59,120 nucleotides of DNA from an uncultured Nitrosopumilales archaeon (GTDB taxonomy: Archaea; Thermoproteota; Nitrososphaeria; Nitrososphaerales; Gagatemarchaeaceae): the NCBI GenBank assembly GCA_964533695.1, contig CAZHNH010000112.1, positions 1 through 59,120 of the forward strand. The letters are read 5' to 3'. The notes below the pieces were generated by a model. The model did not search any database. It saw only the letters and a list, made by a program, of their open reading frames with translations, and was not told where the DNA came from. Position numbers and translations under genes: made by a program. Each line of letters begins with the position of its first letter. Within the stretch, counting starts at the first letter, position 1. Shown here piece by piece: positions 1 through 9,741 of this stretch.

Positions 1-594
1 CTCGCTACGGGAATCAGGATTGGGACATCCGTCAGGACAAAGACCATGGAGCCTTTCACAACCAGGCCGAGGCCCGACGGTCTTCACATGATCGACTATT
101 CCAAGACACTTCAGCGAATCGACGTGGCCGGCAAATTCATCGCAACGACCGGAGCGCAAAACACGGTCGTATACACAAGCAGAGAACACGGAACCATAGC
201 AGTGGAGAAATTCTGCGAGCTGACTGGTGCCGTCCCACTGATTGGGAGGTTCATGCCGGGTACCTTCACGAATCCTCTCTATCCTGGCCATCTTGATGCT
301 GAGCTAGTAATCGTCGCCGACCCGCTATCCGACACGCAGGCCATCGTGGAAGCAGGGAGCTTGGGCGTCCCGGTGATAGCGATTTGCGACACAGACAATG
401 TTACCGATGACATCGATCTGGTGATACCTGGGAACAACAGGGGACGGAAGGCCATCGCTGCAATCTTCTGGCTATTGGCGAGGGCAACACTAGTCCACGC
501 CGGAGCACTAGAGGAAGACAAACCGATGAAATACTCGATCGAAGACTTCGAGACAAAGTTAGAAGAAGAGCCTAAGCCAGAGGCGCTCGAATAG
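1..594 (+). CDS. rps2: 30S ribosomal protein uS2, N-terminus cut by window edge
   Basis: The frame is open from base 1 (LATGIRIGTSVRTK...), ahead of the ATG listed at 46. The central and C-terminal parts (LIVADPLSDTQAIVEAGSLGVPVIAICDTDN) are typical uS2. Confidence 0.9.
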   Translation, partial: LATGIRIGTSVRTKTMEPFTTRPRPDGLHMIDYSKTLQRIDVAGKFIATTGAQNTVVYTSREHGTIAVEKFCELTGAVPLIGRFMPGTFTNPLYPGHLDAELVIVADPLSDTQAIVEAGSLGVPVIAICDTDNVTDDIDLVIPGNNRGRKAIAAIFWLLARATLVHAGALEEDKPMKYSIEDFETKLEEEPKPEALE

Positions 595-611
595 CGTAAA
601 TCAGGCAATTA

Positions 612-1469
612 TTGCTCACCATCCCCGTGAAACTACGTAGACCGGCGGTTGCAGGCTCATTCTATCCCGCTAATAGGGAGGACCTTCTCTTCATGCTGAA
701 TAAATGCTATGTTCATCCACTTGGACCTGGCCGAGCTCCCCCAGCTCCACCTGGGAATCAGGAGATAATCGCCGTAGTTGCACCACATGCGGCATACGAG
801 TACTCAGGCCCCATCGCGGCTCATAGTTATCTGCACGTGTCCACGCTAAGAGACCCGGATCTGATTGTGGTGCTTGCCCCAAACCACTACGGTCTTGGAA
901 GCGGCATCTCGACCTTCAAGGAGGGGGAGTGGGAGACCCCTCTCGGAAGGATGAGGGTCGATGAGGCCGCTGCCTTCGAACTGGTCCGCGATTCAGGAAT
1001 CGTGACCTACGACGCCGAGGCTAACCGAATGGAGCACTCTCTCGAGGTCCAACTCCCTTTTCTCCAACAGATTTATGGTGACTCCGTCCCATTCTTGCCT
1101 GTTTCTCTTATTTTCCAAGACGTCGAGACGGCTAAGACTCTTGGCAGTTCTTTGTCAGCCATCGTGAAGGGGAAGAAGGCTGTACTGATCGCCTCGTCTG
1201 ACCTCACTCATTATGAGCCAAGACTTCGGGCAATGGTGAAGGATTCGGCGCTCTTGGAGGCCGTTAGGAGACTCAGCTTGGAAGGTTTCTACTCCACGCT
1301 CGACAGGTTGCAGGTGACAGCCTGCGGCTATGGCGCGATTGCTACAGTAATGGAAGCATCACGGTCTCTGGGGCTCAAGTGCGGGGAACTCCTGAAGTAC
1401 GCTACGAGTGGAGATACCACAGGGGATAATAACCAAGTGGTGGGCTACGGTGCACTGAGATTCGTGTAG
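612..1469 (+). CDS. MEMO1 family protein (AmmeMemoRadiSam system protein B)
   Basis: 285 aa with a TTG start. Motifs GSFYPAN, VAPHAAYEYSG and SSDLTHY match the MEMO/extradiol-dioxygenase-like fold. Confidence 0.85.
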   Translation: MLTIPVKLRRPAVAGSFYPANREDLLFMLNKCYVHPLGPGRAPPAPPGNQEIIAVVAPHAAYEYSGPIAAHSYLHVSTLRDPDLIVVLAPNHYGLGSGISTFKEGEWETPLGRMRVDEAAAFELVRDSGIVTYDAEANRMEHSLEVQLPFLQQIYGDSVPFLPVSLIFQDVETAKTLGSSLSAIVKGKKAVLIASSDLTHYEPRLRAMVKDSALLEAVRRLSLEGFYSTLDRLQVTACGYGAIATVMEASRSLGLKCGELLKYATSGDTTGDNNQVVGYGALRFV

Positions 1470-1472
1470 CAG

Positions 1473-2402
1473 ATGAAGGCCATTGCAGAAGCGCCGTCGA
1501 AGGCGATAGTCACTGGCGAGCACTTCGTCGTTCATGGCGCTTGGGCTCTGGCAGCAGCGCTGCCGCGAAGGGTGAAAGTCGAGGTCGCCGAGTCCACGCA
1601 TCAAAGGGTAATCTCAAACGGCGTCTTGGTCTCAGACAGGCAAAGGCTTCGCCCGATTGGACGGATCCTAGAAGCCATGGCCAAAGAGTATTCTCTCGAT
1701 TCCGACATGACTGTATCCATAACCTCAGAGATTCCAGAGGGCGCTGGACTCGGATCCTCTGCCTCAACCATGGTCGCCGTGACCTCAGCGGTGGCCCGCC
1801 TCAGAGGCCTCTCCGTCGGGGTGGCAGAGATCTCCAAGTTCGCGATGGTGGGAGAAACCGAAATTCATGGGAGACCATCGGGGGTTGACGTAGCCATCTG
1901 TTCTATCGGAGGTGTGGTGCTCTTCAAGCGCGGCAGCAGTCCCAGGAGGATCACACTTAATGGTACCAAGTCATTGATCGTCGCCTTCTCCGGCTGCAAG
2001 AGGAGCACGAGGCGCCAGATTCGCAGGGTGTCCGGGACGAAGGAATTGTTTCCGAGTTTATTCGAAGGGCTGACGGAGGGTGCGAGCGAGGTGAGCTTGA
2101 TGGCGGCGGAACGACTTTCGGCAGGAGACTTGGAGGGACTTGGCAGAATGCTGAGTCTCAACCACGCAGTTCTCTCGGCTATCGGCGTTTCGAGCCCACA
2201 GCTTGATAGACTGGTCGACCTTGCGTTATCTCTTGGAGCGTATGGCGCGAAGTTAACTGGTGCTGGAGGCGGGGGGAGCATTGTTGCGGTCGCGCCGGGA
2301 GGAAAGGAGAAAAGTATCGTTTCAGGGCTCAGGGACCGGGGGTTCGAGGCTTTCCTTGCCAAAATCCCCGCTGGAGGAGTGAGAAGTTGGCTAGAGAAGT
2401 GA
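1473..2402 (+). CDS. mvk: mevalonate kinase
   Basis: GHMP kinase motifs GEHFVVHG, PEGAGLGSSAS and KLTGAGGGGS. It sits next to IP kinase and GGPP synthase. Confidence 0.9.
   Translation: MKAIAEAPSKAIVTGEHFVVHGAWALAAALPRRVKVEVAESTHQRVISNGVLVSDRQRLRPIGRILEAMAKEYSLDSDMTVSITSEIPEGAGLGSSASTMVAVTSAVARLRGLSVGVAEISKFAMVGETEIHGRPSGVDVAICSIGGVVLFKRGSSPRRITLNGTKSLIVAFSGCKRSTRRQIRRVSGTKELFPSLFEGLTEGASEVSLMAAERLSAGDLEGLGRMLSLNHAVLSAIGVSSPQLDRLVDLALSLGAYGAKLTGAGGGGSIVAVAPGGKEKSIVSGLRDRGFEAFLAKIPAGGVRSWLEK
2373..2377 (+). promoter_or_regulatory. Shine-Dalgarno-like GGAGG upstream of the ipk TTG start
   Basis: GGAGG lies 9 nt upstream of the TTG at 2387, inside the 3' end of mvk. This fits translational coupling. 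Confidence 0.4.
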
Positions 2403-3133
2403 TAGTGAAGTTTGGAGGATCGGTCATTACCGATAAGTCGAAGCCGTTCTCATACAGGTCGGACGTCGTCTCGGCCCTGGCCGAGGAGATCGCTTCTTCG
2501 GACGAAAGGGCAGTGATAGTGCACGGCGGCGGGTCTTTTGGCCATACAGTTGCGAGACAACAAGGATTGTCTTCCGAGCAGGCGGCTCAATACGCTGGCG
2601 CAGTTTCGAAGACTAGGGCGGCCATGTATGAACTCAACGGGCTCGTTTGCAGAACTCTACTGGAGAGTAAGCTCTACCCATATTCATTCTCACCATTTGA
2701 CGCGTTGTCGAAGGCAGGGAAGACAGCAGTATCTCTTTGGCTGAGAGGGCTCATGAAGAACGGGCTTACCCCTGTGACCTTTGGAGATGTCTCCTTAACG
2801 TCGTCGGGGCTCAAAGTGATGTCGGGCGACACGATGGTGCTGGAACTGACGAGGATTTTGGGGCCAGAGAGATGCGTCTTCGCACTTGACGTTGATGGCG
2901 TCTATGAAGGTGGAACACGGGTTATCCTCCCAGAACTGTCACCATCCAAGATCAAGAGGATGCAGGTTCCTCTTGGAGAGGACGTCACAGGGGGAATGAA
3001 GTTCAAACTGGACATGGCGGCTAAGATTGCAAGTCTGGGAACCAAGGTGAGCTTCGTCTCAGGCTACAGGCGCAATGAATTCTCGAAGGCGCTGAAGGGG
3101 CTCGAGTTCTACGGTACTGTCGTGAGGGCGTGA
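2387..3133 (+). CDS. ipk: isopentenyl phosphate kinase (amino-acid kinase fold)
   Basis: VKFGGSVITDK and HGGGSFGH motifs. The TTG start overlaps the mvk stop by 16 nt. The gene sits in the archaeal mevalonate pathway cluster. Confidence 0.85.
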   Translation: MAREVIVKFGGSVITDKSKPFSYRSDVVSALAEEIASSDERAVIVHGGGSFGHTVARQQGLSSEQAAQYAGAVSKTRAAMYELNGLVCRTLLESKLYPYSFSPFDALSKAGKTAVSLWLRGLMKNGLTPVTFGDVSLTSSGLKVMSGDTMVLELTRILGPERCVFALDVDGVYEGGTRVILPELSPSKIKRMQVPLGEDVTGGMKFKLDMAAKIASLGTKVSFVSGYRRNEFSKALKGLEFYGTVVRA

Positions 3134-3151
3134 TCTGCCGGGTTCGGTGGG

Positions 3152-4189
3152 ATGACTTTGGTGGATTTGCGAACGGAAATGAAGAGCATAAAGTCAACGA
3201 TAGACGAGCTGATTTTGGACCAACTACTCCCAACATCAGACTCTATTGCTGAAGTCGACCTTCTTTACAAGATGATGAGGGACTACCCGTCCCGACAGGC
3301 GAAGGGGATGAGGCCCTTCCTCTGCGTCACAACGTGCAGGGCTGGAGGAGGGGAGAGGAGTGATGCCCTGCTCACGGCTGCGTGCATCGAGCTCTTCCAG
3401 CACTGGATTCTAATCCATGACGACATCGAGGACGGCTCCGAACTGCGAAGGGGTGAACCCGCGCTTCACGTCAAGTACGGTGTGCCACTCGCCCTAAACG
3501 CTGGTGACGCTTTGCATGCACGGATGTGGGGGGCGCTTGCACTCAATAACGCGAGTCTCGGACCTCAAAGGACTATTAGGATCATAGAGGAGTTTTCCCA
3601 CATGGTCAATGAGACCACCGAAGGTCAGCACATGGAGTTGGGCTGGATTGCCCGCAAGAAATGGGACTTGCAGGAGTCGGACTACTACGCGATGTGTGCG
3701 AGGAAGACCTCCTGGTATACAATTGCGGGCCCTTGCAGGTTAGGCGCCATTGCGGCTGGAGCGGACGAAAACGTGATGCGGAAGTTAAAAGAATTCGGCC
3801 TCCGTCTCGGCGTGGCCTTCCAGATTCAGGACGACTCCTTAAACCTCTTCGGGGATCAAGAGAAGTATGGAAAGGCGAAGTCCGACGACATCCTCGAGGG
3901 AAAGAGAACGCTCATACTCCTGCATCTTCTAGGCACTGTGGAAGGCCGCGAGAGAGAAAAATTGGTCTCGATTATGAACAAAGACCGTGCCGCGAAGACA
4001 TCTGAAGACGTGGCCAACGTTCTGTCGATGGTTGAGAAACATGATGCGGTGGGCTACGCAAGGAAACGGGCTATCGAAATGATGAAAGAAGCCGTTGGCA
4101 TCCTTGAGGACATAAAATGGAGAGGAGACGATGATGCAGTCGCCCTGTTGGGGCAATTTGCGAGGTTCGCAGTCGAGCGGGAATGGTAA
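3152..4189 (+). CDS. idsA: polyprenyl (geranylgeranyl) diphosphate synthase
   Basis: First Asp-rich motif LIHDDIEDG and second Asp-rich motif FQIQDDSLN; 345 aa. Confidence 0.85.
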   Translation: MTLVDLRTEMKSIKSTIDELILDQLLPTSDSIAEVDLLYKMMRDYPSRQAKGMRPFLCVTTCRAGGGERSDALLTAACIELFQHWILIHDDIEDGSELRRGEPALHVKYGVPLALNAGDALHARMWGALALNNASLGPQRTIRIIEEFSHMVNETTEGQHMELGWIARKKWDLQESDYYAMCARKTSWYTIAGPCRLGAIAAGADENVMRKLKEFGLRLGVAFQIQDDSLNLFGDQEKYGKAKSDDILEGKRTLILLHLLGTVEGREREKLVSIMNKDRAAKTSEDVANVLSMVEKHDAVGYARKRAIEMMKEAVGILEDIKWRGDDDAVALLGQFARFAVEREW

Positions 4190-5913
4190 AGGAGAAATCA
4201 GGGCTGCCCGCTGAGGTCCAGGCAGACATAGAGCTGGCATCGTTGATCAACGCGAGCCGGCATGGAGGAAAAGCAGACGTCGGCGCTGTCATAGGGCGTG
4301 TGCTTGCCGAGCACCCAGAGCTTCGACACTCGCCTAGCGAGGTGGGAAAGGCAGTCGGGTCCACGGTTGCCCGAGTGAACAGACTGAGTCCCTCTGAACA
4401 GCAGGGGCTGCTGAAAGAAAAACAGCCGGATGTGGAAAGACACCCGAAGAAGGAGGGCCGTGCCGGACTGCCGCCACTTCCGGGTGCGATCGAAGGCCAG
4501 ACGGGTTTCAGGTTCCCTCCAGAGCCATCGGGTTTCATGACTGTGGGCCACGCAATGGCGTGCACGATAAACTCCATTTACGCTGAAACATATCACGGTG
4601 AGTTTTGGCTCAGATTCGAGGACACCAACCCGAGGAAGGTAGCCAAGAGGTACTACGATAGCTTCAGGGAGGGGATTGGCTGGCTAGGAATAAAGTGGGA
4701 CCACGAAAAAAACGTCTCAGACGACATCGAACTAATTTACGGCTACGGGAAGAAGCTGATTGAAGATGAGAAAGCTTACGCCTGTTCCTGCACCCTGGAC
4801 AGGGTGAAGGCACTCAGGTTTGAAGGGAGGGCGTGCGAGCACAGGGAGTCCCCAGTCGAGAAAAGCCTTGCCGTCTGGGAGAGGATGCTCGCGAAGCAGG
4901 TGCGAGAAGGAGAATCGGTAGTCAGATTCAAAGGAGACATGAGCAGTGTCAATTACTCTCTTCGCGATCCCAATCTATTCCGAGTGATAGAGAAAGCCCA
5001 TCCACTGACAGGGGAGCGTTACACAGTCTGGCCAACATACCATCTCGCTAATACCATTGAAGACGAAATCTGCAGAATCACCCACATCCTCCGTAGCTCG
5101 GAGTTCAACGCCGAGATTCAGAGACAGATCCGGGGAGCACTCGGCTTCCGCGCACTGAGTGTCATTCAGTTCTCTAGGTTCAACTTCAAGGGGACTCCCG
5201 TCGGAAAGAGACTCCTACGACCTCTTGTAGAGGGGAAGCTTGTCTCTGGATGGGACGATCCAAGAATGCCGACAGTCGAGGGGCTCAAGAGACGGGGTGT
5301 CATTCCTGAAGCCATCCGAGAGTTCACACTCCATGTTGGCTACACGAAGGCCGAACATCAATACGACTGGAGCATGCTTCTCTCGATCAACAAGAAGCTC
5401 CTTGACCCCCGTTCGAAACGAGTCTTCTTCGTCCCTGACCCTATTGAGCTTATCGTCGACGGAGCTCCTCCTAAGAGCGTGTCAATTCCGTTCCACCCGG
5501 ACGCGGACCTAGGAGAGAGGATGGTCAAAACAGAAGGCAGGTTTTTCGTCCCCAAGTCCGACGTGGATTCCCTCAAGAAGGGAGCCAGTCTGAGACTGAT
5601 GGAACTCTATAACATAGAAATTACTTCTCCAGACGGAGCAGCACCGAGGGCGAAGTACACAGGCGAGGAGTTGGTAAAGGAGACGAAGAAGGTACAGTGG
5701 GTCGTCCCTACGGGAAGGGTAGAGGTGATTGTCCTCGAGCCAAGAGTTCTCTTCGACGATGAAGGGAAGTTCAACGCTGAAAGTATGGGGAAGACCAGTG
5801 GAGTCGCGGAGGCGGCCTTCGATTCCTTGGTCCCAGGAACGATAGTGCAATTCCCAAGGTTTGGGTTCTGCAGGATCGACTCTCCTACGACATGCATACT
5901 GGCCCAGCGCTAG
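4183..5913 (+). CDS. gltX: glutamyl-tRNA synthetase, archaeal/eukaryal type
   Basis: 576 aa. Class I HIGH-like region PEPSGFMTVGHAMA and typical catalytic core (WPTYHLANTIEDE, ILRSSEF). The start overlaps the idsA stop. Confidence 0.9.
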   Translation: MVKEKSGLPAEVQADIELASLINASRHGGKADVGAVIGRVLAEHPELRHSPSEVGKAVGSTVARVNRLSPSEQQGLLKEKQPDVERHPKKEGRAGLPPLPGAIEGQTGFRFPPEPSGFMTVGHAMACTINSIYAETYHGEFWLRFEDTNPRKVAKRYYDSFREGIGWLGIKWDHEKNVSDDIELIYGYGKKLIEDEKAYACSCTLDRVKALRFEGRACEHRESPVEKSLAVWERMLAKQVREGESVVRFKGDMSSVNYSLRDPNLFRVIEKAHPLTGERYTVWPTYHLANTIEDEICRITHILRSSEFNAEIQRQIRGALGFRALSVIQFSRFNFKGTPVGKRLLRPLVEGKLVSGWDDPRMPTVEGLKRRGVIPEAIREFTLHVGYTKAEHQYDWSMLLSINKKLLDPRSKRVFFVPDPIELIVDGAPPKSVSIPFHPDADLGERMVKTEGRFFVPKSDVDSLKKGASLRLMELYNIEITSPDGAAPRAKYTGEELVKETKKVQWVVPTGRVEVIVLEPRVLFDDEGKFNAESMGKTSGVAEAAFDSLVPGTIVQFPRFGFCRIDSPTTCILAQR

Positions 5914-5976
5914 CTCCTCCGCACGGGCAACGCCTTCTGTTGCAAAAAATACTGGTTGTCAAGAGACATCTAACCA

Positions 5977-5983
5977 TTTATAA
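5977..5983 (+). promoter_or_regulatory. TATA-box candidate (TTTATAA) for the rpl7ae-rps28e unit
   Basis: AT-rich heptamer ending 38 nt upstream of the ATG at 6021, in the only sizeable gap after gltX. Confidence 0.4.
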
Positions 5984-6020
5984 CCGGGTGACAGAGGGCG
6001 CTTCTGGGAGATACTTACAG

Positions 6021-6401
6021 ATGACCCCAAGGCCTTACTACGTGAAGGTGGAGACGCCGAAGGAAGTCTCCGAGGCCGCATATGAAGTTCTTCGGCAAGC
6101 TTCCAGAAGCGGCAAAGTGAGAAAAGGTACTAATGAATCGACAAAGGCGATAGAAAGGGGAACCGCGAAGCTTATCGTTATCGCAGAGGACGTCACACCA
6201 CCTGAAGTCGTGGCCCACCTGCCCATCCTCTGTGAGGAAAGGAAGATACCCTACGTTTTCGTACCCTCTAAGGATCAGATCGGACCCGCTATCGGCATCG
6301 ACGTGCCTACAGCTTCCGCGGCCGTCCTCGACGCTGGTGAGGGGGGCCAAATACTAGAGCAGGTCACTCAGGAGCTGGCGAGGCTGAAGAAGGCCGCATG
6401 A
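6021..6401 (+). CDS. rpl7ae: 50S ribosomal protein L7Ae (kink-turn binding)
   Basis: [25 protein letters not shown] motif. I use the internal ATG at 6021. The 43 codons upstream in the ORF track overlap the gltX end and show no L7Ae similarity. Confidence 0.9.
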   Translation: MTPRPYYVKVETPKEVSEAAYEVLRQASRSGKVRKGTNESTKAIERGTAKLIVIAEDVTPPEVVAHLPILCEERKIPYVFVPSKDQIGPAIGIDVPTASAAVLDAGEGGQILEQVTQELARLKKAA

Positions 6402-6613
6402 GCAAGCGAGAAGTCGAGACTCTCACGCCCGCCGAGGTGGTCCAGATTGTTGGGAGAACTGGCGTAGCGGGTGAGATTACCCAGGTAAGAGTGAAGATCT
6501 TGGAGGGAAAGGAGAAAGGCCGAATTCTTACAAGGAATGTGAAGGGCCCGATAAGGTTAGCAGACGTGTTGGTCCTCAGGGAGACCGAACGCGAAGCCAG
6601 GAAGTTGAAATAA
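6398..6613 (+). CDS. rps28e: 30S ribosomal protein S28e
   Basis: 71 aa with [26 protein letters not shown], and an ATGA overlap with rpl7ae. Confidence 0.9.
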   Translation: MSKREVETLTPAEVVQIVGRTGVAGEITQVRVKILEGKEKGRILTRNVKGPIRLADVLVLRETEREARKLK

Positions 6614-6726
6614 GAAGCCGAACCATTCGACACCACTGCCTTTCCCTGCATCCTAGATTCACTCCGCCCCAACTTTAGCGGGAAAATTGAGTCAAGCACT
6701 TCTTTCACTCTCAATCTGTCGAGTCC

Positions 6727-6733
6727 TTTATAT
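6727..6733 (+). promoter_or_regulatory. TATA-box candidate (TTTATAT) upstream of rpl24e
   Basis: AT-rich box ending 47 nt upstream of the ATG at 6780, in a 166-nt spacer. Confidence 0.35.
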
Positions 6734-6779
6734 TGCCAGAAAGGAAGGGCCACAAAAGCCTGAGGAGTGGTAGTTTGGT

Positions 6780-6962
6780 ATGTATGTTCCCAAGAGATGT
6801 GCCTTCTGTGGTAAAGAGGTTCACCTTGGTTCAGGTGTTCTTCTAGCCAAAAATGACGGTTCAACGAAGTCTTACTGTTCCTTCAAGTGCAAGGTCAACG
6901 ACCTGAAGCTAGGAAGGGACCCGAGGAAACTGAAGTGGGCCAGAGGAAGCAGAGGGGCATGA
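6780..6962 (+). CDS. rpl24e: 50S ribosomal protein L24e
   Basis: 60 aa with Zn-ribbon-like CAFCGKEV...CSFKC. It follows the conserved L7Ae-S28e-L24e order. Confidence 0.9.
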   Translation: MYVPKRCAFCGKEVHLGSGVLLAKNDGSTKSYCSFKCKVNDLKLGRDPRKLKWARGSRGA

Positions 6963-7378
6963 GCGACCGGGAAAGTACGCTTGTCGTCGTGAAGCCTGAC
7001 GCGGTGCGACGTGGTTTAGTGGGCGACATCTTGAGGAGGTTCGAGACAAAGGGCTTCGTCATAGAGAGGCTCCAATTAATCACAATGTCGAAAGCTCAGG
7101 CACAGGACTTTTACTCCGTGCATAGGAGCAAACCCTTCTTTTCCGAACTCGTGAATTTCATCAGTTCCGGGCCAGTGGTAGGCGCAGTAATCTCGGGCAA
7201 AGACGCAATTGCCACTGTTCGGAGAATGGTAGGAGCGACCAAGAGTTGGGAAGCAGCAGCAGGCACCATTAGAGGGGACTTCGGTCTCGGCTTGACGGAC
7301 AATACTATTCACGCGTCCGACTCCCTCGAGAGCTTCGAAAAGGAGCAATCAGTGTTTTTCCGCAAAGCGGCCGGGTGA
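6959..7378 (+). CDS. ndk: nucleoside diphosphate kinase
   Basis: LVVVKPDAVRRGLVGDIL, GPVVGAV and NTIHASDS motifs. The ATG at 6959 forms an ATGA overlap with the rpl24e stop. The longer ORF from 6887 overlaps rpl24e. Confidence 0.9.
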   Translation: MSDRESTLVVVKPDAVRRGLVGDILRRFETKGFVIERLQLITMSKAQAQDFYSVHRSKPFFSELVNFISSGPVVGAVISGKDAIATVRRMVGATKSWEAAAGTIRGDFGLGLTDNTIHASDSLESFEKEQSVFFRKAAG

Positions 7379-7390
7379 ATGCGCAATAAG

Positions 7391-7396
7391 AGGAGG
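7391..7396 (+). promoter_or_regulatory. Shine-Dalgarno-like AGGAGG upstream of the aIF5B TTG start
   Basis: AGGAGG lies 11 nt before the TTG at 7408. Confidence 0.4.
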
Positions 7397-7407
7397 ACTG
7401 GTTCAAA

Positions 7408-9201
7408 TTGCCGGAAGCGAACGAGCGACTCCGACAACCTGTAGTTGTCGTGCTCGGACACGTCGATAGCGGGAAGACGTCACTTCTCGATGCCCTCAGA
7501 GGGACGGCGGTCCAGGCGAGAGAAGAGGGGGGGATCACCCAAGAGATTGGAGCGAGTTTCTTCCCGCTTGAGACTCTCGAGCAAATCTGCGGGCCCCTCT
7601 TGGATCGCGCAGGGTGGGCGCTAAAGATCCCCGGCCTCCTCATGATCGACACCCCTGGCCACGCCGTTTTCTCGAATCTGAGACTCAGAGGAGGCTCGGC
7701 AGCGGATATCGCGATAGTAGTCATAGACGTACTCAAAGGTCTGGAGAATCAGACCTTGGAGAGTATCGACATACTCAAGCAGAGAAAGGTCCCTTTCCTA
7801 ATAGCCCTTAACAAGGTTGATATGATCCGTGGGTGGATAAAGGGGAGCCAAGGGCCACTGCAATCAGTCCTAAAGGCTCAGTCTCCCGAGTGGGGGGATG
7901 AGCTCGAAGAGAGACTTTACAATGTGGTTGGGGGGCTCGCCAGGCTTGGGTTCCAATCTGACGCCTACTACAGAATCAAGGAGTTTCGCCAACAGGTTAC
8001 AATCGTCCCCGTGTCTGCCAGAGCAAGAACGGGCATCCCCGAGCTGCTCGCCGTTCTAATCGGCCTTTCGCAGCAGTTCCTTAGGGGGAAGCTCAGCGTC
8101 GCGGACGAAGGCAAGGGGGGAAGAGGCATAATACTTGAAATGCAGGAGGAGACAGGAATTGGAGAGACGGCCAATGTAATCCTTACGGAAGGTATGCTCC
8201 ACGTTGGAGATTCGATTGCACTTGTAAGGAGGGACGGGGTGTTCAAATCGAAAGTGAAGGCCCTTTTCATGCCGAAGCCACTCGACGAGATGCGCGACCC
8301 GCGAGACAGGTTCACGCCCGTGGACTCCGTGTACGCCGCCGCCGGGGTGAAGCTCGTCTCGGCGGACCTCGCAGGAGTAGTTGCTGGAACTTCCGTTGCC
8401 TCCTTCGTTGATGACGCACAGTTTGACTCGCTCAAAGGCGACCTGGAGAAGGAACTCACAGATGTACTTGTAAAGACTGAGAACATGGGAGTTATTGTGA
8501 AGGCAACAAGCGTGGGAGGTCTAGAGGCGTTGTTGAGGATGCTCGAAGAAAGAGGGATTCCAGTTCGACGAGCGGACATCGGTGACATAACGAAGAACGA
8601 CATTGTCGATGCTGGGGTAGTAGGCGAGCACGATCCATACTTGGCCGCAATACTGGGCTTTGACTCTAAAATACTCCCGGAGGCTAAAGAGCTTGTCGGC
8701 GCTACACAGGTATTCGTATCGGGCGTCATCTACGAAGTAATTGACAATTACACCAACTGGGCGACGGCCAAACGGGAATCGGACCAAAAAGGTGCGCTCG
8801 CTAGCGTCACGAGACCCTGCAAGTTGAGGGTCATCCCGGGTGCATTTTTCAGGAGGAATGATCCTGCAGTATTCGGGGTCGAAGTCCTCGCAGGCTTTCT
8901 AAAGCCTAAGGTCAAACTGATGACTATCGACGGCCGAGAACTTGGTATGGTGGAGCAAGTTCAGGACAACGGAAAGGCTGTCCAAGAAGCAAAACAGGGA
9001 GACAAGGTGGCCATCTCCGTCGACGGACCTACGCTTGGGAGGCAGGTAAAGGAGGATGACACCATCTACAGCTTGCCCAAGAGTCACGAGGCGCGCCTGT
9101 TACGCACGAAGTTCATTGACTCCCTTACAGAGGACGAGGCGAAAGCCTTGCAAGAGATAATCGACATCAAGACTCCCACTGACCCTCTCTTCGGCTTCTG
9201 A
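7408..9201 (+). CDS. infB: translation initiation factor aIF5B (IF-2 family GTPase)
   Basis: G motifs GHVDSGKTSLLD, DTPGH and NKVD; 597 aa; TTG start. Confidence 0.9.
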   Translation: MPEANERLRQPVVVVLGHVDSGKTSLLDALRGTAVQAREEGGITQEIGASFFPLETLEQICGPLLDRAGWALKIPGLLMIDTPGHAVFSNLRLRGGSAADIAIVVIDVLKGLENQTLESIDILKQRKVPFLIALNKVDMIRGWIKGSQGPLQSVLKAQSPEWGDELEERLYNVVGGLARLGFQSDAYYRIKEFRQQVTIVPVSARARTGIPELLAVLIGLSQQFLRGKLSVADEGKGGRGIILEMQEETGIGETANVILTEGMLHVGDSIALVRRDGVFKSKVKALFMPKPLDEMRDPRDRFTPVDSVYAAAGVKLVSADLAGVVAGTSVASFVDDAQFDSLKGDLEKELTDVLVKTENMGVIVKATSVGGLEALLRMLEERGIPVRRADIGDITKNDIVDAGVVGEHDPYLAAILGFDSKILPEAKELVGATQVFVSGVIYEVIDNYTNWATAKRESDQKGALASVTRPCKLRVIPGAFFRRNDPAVFGVEVLAGFLKPKVKLMTIDGRELGMVEQVQDNGKAVQEAKQGDKVAISVDGPTLGRQVKEDDTIYSLPKSHEARLLRTKFIDSLTEDEAKALQEIIDIKTPTDPLFGF

Positions 9202-9204
9202 TTG

Positions 9205-9211
9205 TTTATAT
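9205..9211 (+). promoter_or_regulatory. TATA-box candidate (TTTATAT) upstream of rps6e
   Basis: Ends 26 nt upstream of the TTG start at 9237. This implies a leaderless or near-leaderless transcript. Confidence 0.35.
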
Positions 9212-9236
9212 CTACGCTTCTGGCCGAGCCCCCTGA

Positions 9237-9605
9237 TTGGCCCAGTTCAAGCTGATTCTCTCTGACCCGAAGACAGGTAGGTCCGAAGTTCACGAGCTGA
9301 AAGAGAACAACGCACAGCTGCTCGTGGGGATGAAAGTGGGGGAGACGATGGACGGAGCCAAGATTGGGCTTCAAGGGAGTTTCGTGATAACAGGGGGGAG
9401 CGATAGAGCAGGCTTTCCAATGCGCGGCGACGTTCAAGGGAGTGGTAAGAAGTACGTATTGCTGACGAAAGGGGTCGGAATGAAGACGGAGCCCGAGGGC
9501 GGGAAGAAAAGGAAGCTTGTGAGGGGTAACACTCTAACAGAAGAAATCTTTCAGGTCAACGCCAAAAGAGTGGACAGCATTTCTTCAGCCCCTAAGCATC
9601 AGTGA
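9237..9605 (+). CDS. rps6e: 30S ribosomal protein S6e
   Basis: N-terminus (M)AQFKLILSDPKTGRS and GFPMRGDV are typical S6e. The start codon is TTG. Confidence 0.9.
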   Translation: MAQFKLILSDPKTGRSEVHELKENNAQLLVGMKVGETMDGAKIGLQGSFVITGGSDRAGFPMRGDVQGSGKKYVLLTKGVGMKTEPEGGKKRKLVRGNTLTEEIFQVNAKRVDSISSAPKHQ

Positions 9606-9741
9606 AAAAGAAAACAAATCTCTAGAACCTGCCTCGACGGCTTGGTTCGGGCGCAGCCGCGGTCTTCCTTCCTCCAGGTATCAGACAAGCATATTCAATC
9701 AGAAATGAAGGCTGTCGCAATAAGTTGAAATATTCCCAAAA

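Noticed and set aside
5892-6020. N-terminal extension of the L7Ae ORF, and similar extensions of ndk (6887), ogg (27183), thiolase (to 48555), the orphan at 44367 and DUF35 (to 50527)
   Set aside because: The extensions overlap neighbouring genes or divergent starts and lack family similarity. Internal starts coincide with the conserved N-termini.
7968-8729. 253-aa ORF on the minus strand
   Set aside because: Antisense to aIF5B, with low-complexity Ser/Thr/Pro composition.
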